Assembly: GCF_001194135.2 (NCBI RefSeq) | Contig: NC_068982.1 | Span: 4,913,302 to 4,968,590, forward strand | Reading direction: 5' to 3' | Length of the DNA stretch: 55,289 nt | Source: Octopus bimaculoides | Lineage: Eukaryota | In this document: positions 46,321 through 55,289 of the stretch, piece by piece | Layout: the number at the start of each line of letters is the position of its first letter | Numbering within the stretch: position 1 is the stretch's first letter | Notes under the pieces: model-generated | The model's input: the letters and a program-made list of their open reading frames with translations, nothing else | Database searches by the model: none | What the model was told of the DNA's origin: nothing | Made by a program: the position numbers and the translations under genes

Positions 46321-47161
46321 TTACGATCTGCTGAAGAACTGTAGATATATCTCTCTTCAAAATAACATCCACTGATAGTCACATACACACTTCTAGTGAA
46401 GATTGCTCAAATTTGATGAACTCCTGAGGACTGAAGCTTTTGGCAAATACATCTTGATAAAAAGAAGAAAAATGTAAAACTTTTCCTGATTAAATAACCT
46501 ATAATTAAATCATTATCAACGAGTCTTGACTCAAAAATATAAATATTAAATATATGGATAAACGGAAATGTTTTGAATATTATCTACACAAAGAAGTTCT
46601 CAGGAGAAGTCTAAGTTTCTGATATAAAGATTAAAGCTATTAAATTATAAGTTTTCTGTTATCCTTTTACAGACACAGTTTTGGAATCTGTCTATCATTA
46701 TCCTTTTCTGCTTTCTTTTGGTATAATTTTGCCTCTTTTTCTTTTTTTTATAACCGCTATCAACGCATCACAATTTATGGAATACATTTAATCTATAATT
46801 TCTATATTATTTCTTTATCCCACTTATATGTTGTCAGTTTTATCTCCGTAGTTCAATGGAAAACCATTTTGAATAATAATGGAAACAATTGGAGAATCTT
46901 TCACAATCTTAATCTTAGTTTTCCTTCGCATTTTAGAGTCTTTAAGAAAGTTTCCTTTCTTTGGTACAAGCAAAACATTGACTTCCTGCCACTTTCTTAC
47001 AAACATCAATTACCTAGGAATTCATATGAGAGATTTTCCGTTTCTGACAAGTTATCTGATCATCTTCAAACAAAACTAACATCTCACAGCTGTTTCCGAA
47101 AACTTGTCAACCTATTTTCTAATTCTTTGGCATATTGAAATGTAACTAATGCTATTTAGAA

Positions 47162-47260
<99 letters not shown>

Positions 47261-47599
47261 GCATGATAAACAGATTATATTGTCAAATTCTTTGGACTGG
47301 TTAGAGTTTATTATAACATTTACAAGATATAATAGCACCGGTGACCATGTAACTTGGAGAAACATGCAACAGCCATGCCTTTTTAATACTTCTTTGATGT
47401 AAACAAAGTTTGCTGAACAGACTGTTTTTTGGGGGGCGGGGGAGGATGTTTCAGTAAACGTAAGTGAAAACAATAATTTGCATTTTTAACAATTAATCCA
47501 CATGCAAGGGTCACTTAACTTTATGGTGCAGAATGGTCAGCCAGGATTATAGAGGTTCAGGGTTCAAGTCTATGTAGTGGCTTGCTGGCCACTTTTAAG

Positions 47600-47985
47600 C
47601 ACAGGTGTGGCTGTGTGGTAAGAAGCTTGCTCCCCAACCACATGGTTCTGGGTTCAGTTCCACAGCATGGCACCTTCGGCAAGTGTCTTCCTCTATAGCC
47701 TCAGTCTGACCAAAACCTTGAGTGGGTTTGGTACATGGAAACTGAATGAAGCCCATCATATATTTGTGTGTGTATGTATGTGTGTTCCCCACCACCACTT
47801 GACAACCGGTGTTGGTGTGTTTACATCCCTGTAACTTTGGCAAAAGGGACTGATAGAATAAGTACCAAATTTTTAAAAAATAAAAATAAACAAGTACTGG
47901 GGTCAATTCCTTTGTCTAAAAGCTCTTCAAGGCAGTGCCCCAGCATGGCCGCAACCTAATGAGTGAAATAAGTAGAAGGTGAAAA
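47600..47985 (+). mobile_element. SINE family C
   Basis: Full head-to-tail match; preceded by long (GT)n 47168-47257. Confidence 0.9.
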
Positions 47986-49479
47986 TATAAGAGGTGCAGT
48001 TTCATTTCATCAGATCTAAGAAGAACAATATTATTACTGTCACTTGTTTTACATGGCTTGTAATTAAACTAATTTACTCCAAAGACAACTGTTTTACACT
48101 CCCATGTAAATTGACCTGAGATGGTGAAGACATATCCAGTTTAATTCTGGGAAAAATAAGACGACAATTTCTAAATCTTTACAAATAGGTCAGATTGTCA
48201 GCTGGCAAAGCAAGAAATAAATCCATTTAAGAAAATAGGATTACGGATATAATATTAAATTGCTTGGAAATGAAACATCAATCACAGTAATAATTTTGAC
48301 AATGAAGATTTATAAAAACAAAAGAGAGAGAGAGAGAGAGAGAGAGAGGCAAGAAAAAAAGGATTAAGAATACTTTTTCTTCCTATAAATGACAGTGAAT
48401 GAAGAAATTTAAAATTGGATATTTGACCACCAGACTGGTAAAGACACAAGAGTCTAGCTATGACATGACAAATTGGATTTTAATTAACTCTTCAAGAAAA
48501 CCAATCAGAAAATGATTTCTATTTTTTGTCTTCTTTGTTGTTTGTTTTGTATTTTGTTTTTTTGCTTAAAGAGAAGTTTCCATCTGTCAGCTTCTCCCTT
48601 GCTGCCACTGGCCAGCCACACAGCTCTTTCCCTCAACTCATGCCTTTATTGACATTTATTACACTCTTAGCATTGCCATCACACCAGTCATCACTCATGC
48701 TCTCTCTCTCTCTCTCCCCATTACCAGTTAACAATACCCTTCAATATGGCTAGCCACACTCCCTCCCTGCTTCATGCCACTCATTATTTACATCCATTGA
48801 CCATTTTCACTACTCTTACCACCTCATATTTCTATTATCAACTCTCATCCATCTCTTACTGTCAACCACTTCTACAACAACCCTTTACTTACTTTCTCTC
48901 TCTCTCTCTCTCTCTCTCTCTAACTAACCACTGCAACGTCTGCCTCTCTTTTTCTCTCAATGCTCAGCTATAATCATTTCCCTACAATTACTGTCTCACA
49001 TCTATCACTCCCCCTATAGCTCTTTCTGTCACATTTCCCACTCCTAAACCATCAACACTAATCCTTGTCATCACGTCATCACAGGATCGACCAGACTATC
49101 AGATGTTATACATTGCTTGTCACAATGCACTTTGCATTGTTTCACTTTTCAAATGATGCCACCCCACTGGGACAGTTAGTCTGTCAAAGGGTGACCCATT
49201 TGCAACAAAGAGGACTGGAGCAACATGGAATCAAGTGTTTTGCTCAAGAAAACACTGTGTCACTGTCCGGGAATTGAACCCATGATCTTGTGATCGTGAG
49301 CCATTATGCCATGTACCTTTACTTCTGCCACCACACTAGCACATTTACTGCCTATCACTCTGGCTTATCTTCTACTCTCGACTTCTCTTCCACCCATTCT
49401 ATCAGTCATGTTGCACTGAACAAATAGAGGTGGCACACACTAGTGGGGAGTCCTTTTGTTTTGTGGAGTTCAAAGTAAC

Positions 49480-49790
49480 TTCACTAATGCTGGTGCCACA
49501 ATAAAATGTATCTGCAACACTCTGTAGAACGATTGGTGGATGAGTGGAAGATAAGTAGTGTTAATTGAAGCTTTTGGTTAAGTCTTGTTTAGGACATGAC
49601 AAATTTTCCAGTGGTGGTACCATGATAAATATACCCAGTACACTCTGTAGAGTACCCAGTCATAAAAACCATGTTCAAATATATAATCAATGAGGAGAGT
49701 AACTCCAAATAGGAACTGATTTGGATCATAGCAATCCATCCAACCCAAGCCAGCATGGAAAACAGATGTGAAATGGCAATGATGCATCAT
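49480..49790 (+). mobile_element. Decayed family A 3' end
   Basis: GCTGGTGCCAC..CACTCTGTAG..CCAACCCAAGCCAGCATGGAAAACAGATG. Confidence 0.6.
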
Positions 49791-49839
49791 GTAGTTCTCA
49801 GTCTTTCTTGGCTGAAACCCCAACTCCTACAAAGCAGTG

Positions 49840-50050
49840 ATTGTATGGCAGATTTCTTCCTACCATCATCTGAGTAATCAGAGAAAGAAGAACAGATTAT
49901 ACAGGACACTGTTGGAGAAGCAGAGGATGAAATGTCCAGAGATCTCCTTCTATGGAAACCCATGCACGAACATAGAGGGGTGGAGAGGGCAAGGAGAGCA
50001 TGTGGTGATCAATTTGTGAAAGACACGGGATATCAGAGTGACAATATGAA
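49840..50050 (+). mobile_element. LINE ORF2 C-terminal fragment of the same type as 9540-9923
   Basis: GHCWRS (frameshift) EDEMSRDLLLWKPMH..DQFVKDTG. Confidence 0.6.
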
Positions 50051-50144
50051 GACATCCTTTTTGATTTTAATCTTTTACTCGTTTCAGTCACTAGACTGCA
50101 GCCAAGCTGGGGCACTGTGTTGAAGAATTTTTGGTCAAATGAAT

Positions 50145-50345
50145 CATCATCATCGTTTAATGTCCGTTTTCCATGCTGGCATGGGTTGGACAGTTCAACT
50201 GGGGTCTGGGAAGCCGGGAGGCTGCACCAGGCTCCAATCTGATCAGGCAGTGTATCTACAGCTGGATGCCCTTCCCAACGCTAACCACTCCGAGAGTGTA
50301 GTGGATGCTTTTTATGTGCCACCGGCATGGGAGCCAGTCAGTCAA
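50145..50345 (-). mobile_element. RTE 3' end (family A)
   Basis: Near consensus; flanked by SINE C fragments (50070-50130 and 50390-50468, -). Confidence 0.9.
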
Positions 50346-51654
50346 CCCCAGTAATTATTGTTTTTAAGCCTGGCACTTACATTTGCTCAATGTGCCACAC
50401 AGTGGGACTGAGCCTGGAACCATATGGTTGGGAAGCAAACCTTTTACCACACAGCCACTCCTACACCTGTGGAAGGTCTGAACAACTACTGTAGAAGAGC
50501 TGCATTAATCTGAGCAAGTCACCCAATGGGACGACGACGATGATGATGATGATGATGATGATGCGTGGTGGTGGGGATGTTGGAGGACAAGTACTGGTAT
50601 GTACATTCTGGTTGGATGTACTTATTGTTGATAAACATCAGAGAGTGACCTGATTAGGCTTGAAGTAAGCCTCTTCACAACTGTAGAATGTCTGTTATGC
50701 TACTACGAGATTATTCTAATGAAGTTTAAAATTAAAGCTATAATTTTATTCTCATAACTACTGGCTCTGAATTGCTTACTAGCAAGTTTTAGTCTCGGTA
50801 GTGCTAATCATCAAGTGAACCATTCTTGGAATATATGCATTATGCACTTCTATGAGAGAGAGAGAGAGCGGGAGAGAGAGAATTAGCGAGGCATTGTATT
50901 ATAATGAGAGTTTCCAAATGATGAATATAAACTTCACTTGTAAGTAATTGGTGTGTGTATATAAATACATGTTAACATTTTAATCTAATTATAGTGTGAG
51001 ACTGGTGGTGAGACTGTCAAAGTACCACAGAAAACAGATGAAAACTAGATATACAGTCTTACACGGAATCCTATTCAATTCCAAGTAAAACTGTATATCT
51101 AGTCTTCATCTAAAATCACCATGTTGTGCACATACAGTTGTGATGCATGTGCCTGGTGTACCTTGATCTCTCACTCAATAATAATAATTATAATAATAAT
51201 AATAATTATTATTATTATTATTTCAAATTTTTGCCACAAGAGCAACTTGGGGGAGGTGAGGATTTGTTGAGTGTACTTGTTCAAGAAGGACGCTATGGCA
51301 ACAGCAAGTGGCCCCTCACTCCCTGTGGTTTTACTGAGCACTCTGACATCAACAGAGAGTACTTCCGTGTCCCTGTACTCAGATGGATTATCACCACATA
51401 CGATATTTAATCCATAACTGGGACCCTGGCAGAGACTACTACTCTGGCAACAATAATCACTAACAAAGTGGTTCCACACTCCTCAAAAACATTGGAACTC
51501 CTGGGTCGGATCCTCAATTAAAAGTCATACATACTTACAAATATACAACATATATAAATACATATATATATATGTACACACATACACGTGAATGTTTATT
51601 CTGCTTAAAACAAGCGATGCCATTGGTGAGATGTGACCCAGAGGTTCAATGAAT

Positions 51655-51895
51655 ACATATTTATTTCTTTATTGCCCACATGGGGGCTAAACATAGAGGG
51701 GACAAACAAGAACAGACAAAGGTATTAAGTCGATTACATTGACCCCAGTGCGCAACTGGTACTTACTTAATCACCCCCGAAAGGATGAAAGGCAAAGTTG
51801 ACCTTGGCAGAATCTGAACTCAGAATATAACAGCAGATAAAACACTCCCAAGCATTTTGCCTGGCGTGTTAATGATTCTGTCAGCTCGCCACCCA
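51655..51895 (-). mobile_element. SINE family B
   Basis: Family motifs; followed by SINE C head fragment ~51900-51955(-). Confidence 0.85.
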
Positions 51896-52873
51896 ATGCA
51901 TATTGAACTCAGAGCCTTGTGATTCAAAAGCAAGCTTCTTACCACACAGCCATGCTATTGCATAAATATATAGATTGGCACCATTTTCAGCACTGTATTT
52001 ATTATAAACTAGTTTAGCCGGAGAGAAAGAAAGCAACTGATCACCCATCTTTAGAACAGAACATCCCACACAGAATGGCACAGCTTCAATCCAAATATTT
52101 GATTTGTTAAATCCCTCAAAACACACAACTATGGAGAACAGTAACAGAGAGAGAGAGAGAGAGAGACAGAGAGACAGAGACTGAGAGAGAAAGAGAGAGA
52201 CAGAGACTGAGAGAGAGGCAAAAAACTAAGCATAAATACTTCATTGTTTCAAAAGTTATAGACAATAATTTAATGACAGCTAAATAAAAGATTTGACATT
52301 TCTTCTACATATTAGTGTTGCTGTCTATTGTTCTTATACATTAATTCTTTCGGAATGAATATTGAGAAGAACAAAAACAAAAGAAAAAAAAAGAGAGAGA
52401 GAGAGAGAGAGAAAACTTAAATGAATCCCTAAACACCTTCTACAGAAGCTAAAGTATCTGAAGCCTCTATTGATTAACTGTAACCTTTACATTGTGGGAA
52501 ATCGTAAACAGAAGAAACAAAAGCACTTAATGTTATGTCGATATCATGTATTTATAAAAATACAAGAGAAAAACAGAGAAAACACAATGAAATCAATTTT
52601 CAGAATGATAGTCTTTATTCGAAGAATGGCCTCCAGCAACATCCTTTGTATTGAGTGTCAGGAAGCTGTAATCATACACACATGCATTAACACACAGATA
52701 TATATACATATATATATATATATATGTACTTGGAAGGACAGATGCATGCACGTATACAAATATATATATATGTATATATATATATATATGGACATACATA
52801 CACAGGTACATATAACATACATTCGCATATATATAAGCATATGCCCTCACACTCCATTGTTTCAAGTATAAGC

Positions 52874-52941
<68 letters not shown>

Positions 52942-53201
52942 NNNNNNNNNNNNNNNNNNNNNNNNNNNNNNNNNNNNNNNNNNNNNNNNNNNNNNNNNNN
53001 NNNNNNNNNNNNNNNNNNNNNNNNNNNNNNNNNNNNNNNNNNNNNNNNNNNNNNNNNNNNNNNNNNNNNNNNNNNNNNNNNNNNNNNNNNNNNNNNNNNN
53101 NNNNNNNNNNNNNNNNNNNNNNNNNNNNNNNNNNNNNNNNNNNNNNNNNNNNNNNNNNNNNNNNNNNNNNNNNNNNNNNNNNNNNNNNNNNNNNNNNNNN
53201 N

Positions 53202-53254
<53 letters not shown>

Positions 53255-53255
<1 letters not shown>

Positions 53256-53365
53256 CAGACTGGAGCCTGGTGTTGCCATCCGGTTTCACCAGTCCTCAGT
53301 CAAATCGTCCAACCCATGCTAGCATGGAAAGCGGACGTTAAACGATGATGATGATGATGATGATA
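53255..53365 (+). mobile_element. RTE 3' end (family A), short
   Basis: GGAGCCTGGTG..CCAACCCATGCTAGCATGGAAAGCGGACGTTAAACGATGATG. Confidence 0.9.
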
Positions 53366-53929
53366 TATATATGCATCTATATATACACACATGCACTCAT
53401 ACATGCATACACACACACAGTTGTATATATGCAAATATAAAGCTTTTCATACCTTTGCAGATGAAATACATGGAAACATTATCAGTGTTGTATCAGCTTG
53501 CAATTACCGGCTGTTTGTGTCTTACAATCTTACAACATACACTGCTGTCCTCCAGGCAACCCTGACTCTAAACAGTCATGCTTCAACTTCTATCCAAGTA
53601 GCATTTCACTGTCCCTACCACTGGTTAGATGTCCTCCCAGGAGGCACGCTCTACTCCATCACCTCTTCCCACTTCATCCATGCACCCAGCTTTTGCATCA
53701 CCCCCCACTTCATCTGTTTACTTGCTCTTTTCCCACTGAAGTTCACATCTACTCCATACTAACTCCTGCCTCTTTTATTTTTATTTGCTGAATCTGATCG
53801 TTTACCCTGCAACACTCCAAAAATGGGCCTCATGTTTTAGTCTACTGGACTGTCTTGGCCGCCTTGTACTTCCACCTTGTTTTCATATACCGTATACATT
53901 ATATATGTGTATATCATCATCATCATTAT

Positions 53930-54055
53930 GAGTTCCTTTCTGTTGAAGAGTGTAAGCTCGCAACGTAAAAGACTTTCTCACCTTCCCGAGCATTAAACTA
54001 GTACACCTGTTTGTTGTTCACACACCTGTCTTCGTCTTTGTAAATTCCAACTATA
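53930..54055 (+). mobile_element. Second PLE-type terminal repeat with degenerate hammerhead
   Basis: cttt-CTGTTGA-a-gagt-gtaa-gctc-GCAA-CGTA-aaag at 53936-53971. Confidence 0.45.
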
Positions 54056-54107
54056 TATATATAAAATATATAGTTTTAGGGAAAATAACCAAGTTTCAAG
54101 AACTCAT

Positions 54108-54313
54108 CGATGGAAATCCACTATCACATATAGAAAAATTAACAATTAAAAGCACAATAAATGAGTATAATATAAAGTAAAGTAAATATCATAAGATAAA
54201 TATATAAATATAATATTATATTTATCTTATGATATTTACTTTACTTTATATTATACTCATTTATTGTGCTTTTAATTGTAAATTTTTCTATATGTGATAG
54301 TGGATTTCCATCG
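54108..54313. repeat. Near-perfect long palindrome (~97-bp arms, 12-nt centre) abutting N-gap
   Basis: 54108-54204 vs 54217-54313, one mismatch. Confidence 0.9.
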
Positions 54314-54493
54314 NNNNNNNNNNNNNNNNNNNNNNNNNNNNNNNNNNNNNNNNNNNNNNNNNNNNNNNNNNNNNNNNNNNNNNNNNNNNNNNNNNNNNTA
54401 TATTTTATCTATAAAGCTCAATTTAATTTTAATTTTTTATAAATTGATTTTAATTGAGTTTTTACCTGTAATTTTGGATTTTGTCCCTAATAT

Positions 54494-54534
<41 letters not shown>

Positions 54535-54536
<2 letters not shown>

Positions 54537-54690
54537 GGGCTTTCAGTTTCTTTTGACCAAATCCATTCACAAGGCTTTGGTTGGCCCAAGGTTATAGTAG
54601 AAGGCACTTGCCCAAAGTGCCATGCAGTGGAACTGAACCCCAAAGCATATGGTCGGGAAACAAACTTCATACCATCCCCATGCCTATAGC
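54535..54690 (-). mobile_element. SINE C 5' half
   Basis: CCAAATCCATTCACAAGGCTTTGG..CACTTGCCCAA..GGAACTGAACCC reads as the reverse complement of the family head. Confidence 0.8.
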
Positions 54691-55289
54691 AGTTCACAAT
54701 ATGAAGAGTTCTGTAATCATTAGAGGATCCATTTGGTTCCTCGCACCATTATTCTTGTCACCATCAAATCATCCATGAAGATTCACATGGCTGCTTACTT
54801 ATTGACTTGTTGAGGGAATACTGGGACCCAGTGAGGAAGTGAAGAAAATGGGTTATCAAAGAAATTTGGGAGAAAATACAGAATGGAAGCAAGAGAGAGA
54901 GAGAGAGAGAGAAAATAAAAGAACCATCAAAGAAAAGGTAAAAATAATTGAGGAGAAAGTATGAAGCAGAAGGAAAGAAAAACTATGGGAAAGAAATGAA
55001 TAAAAGAATTGAGAATTTGAGAAGAAATGGAGCAGCAGGGAAGAGTAAAGAGGTATAAGGAGAGAATAAAAAAGAAAAAGTAGGAGAAAAAGAAGGAAAA
55101 GGAAAGGCAGAATGAAGAGGAAGAAATGCAAGAGTATCTAAACAACATGAAGGGAAGAAAAGAGAAAGACTTTACAGGAATGTCATGCTCTGTATGATTG
55201 TAAATATATGTATATATAGATGTGTGTATGTGTGTATATGCATATATATATGAATGTATGTAATTATATATATATATATATATATATAT

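Noticed and set aside
51171-51479. 102-aa minus ORF in non-repetitive-looking sequence
   Set aside because: No recognisable motif in any frame and weak splice signals; may be a decayed repeat. A BLASTx search would be needed.
52593-52680. Minus-strand LPDTQYKGCCWRPFFE* after a CAG, trefoil-like GCCW
   Set aside because: Too short, weak acceptor in microsatellite context, other trefoil cysteines absent.

Overview
AT-rich, repeat-saturated eukaryotic genomic DNA with six N-gaps and many (CA)n/(TA)n/(GAT)n/(AAT)n microsatellites. The repeat complement resembles octopus (coleoid cephalopod) DNA; this is my inference, not verified. No intact protein-coding gene is supported. Almost every ORF in the track comes from N-runs, microsatellites, antisense reading of repeats or decayed transposon ORFs. 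Recognisable content: several tRNA-headed SINE families; about 25 5'-truncated 3' ends of an RTE LINE with (GAT)n tails; decayed ORF2 pieces of RTE, CR1-like and RLE-type (R4/HERO-like) non-LTR elements; Tc1/mariner, pogo and piggyBac-type remnants; and Penelope-like element (PLE) derivatives. The most notable system is a PLE family whose 3' terminal repeat, directly after a GIY-YIG endonuclease stop codon, carries a tRNA-like Pol III promoter followed by a minimal hammerhead ribozyme motif. That motif occurs 8 times (two copies partial), mostly as head-to-head inverted units, some with target-site duplications and an asymmetric ~34-nt tail. Other observations: a tandemly amplified H-type pseudoknot-like motif in the RTE 3' UTR, several long foldbacks, and one orphan candidate exon. 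Repeat boundaries are read by eye and approximate unless motif coordinates are quoted.
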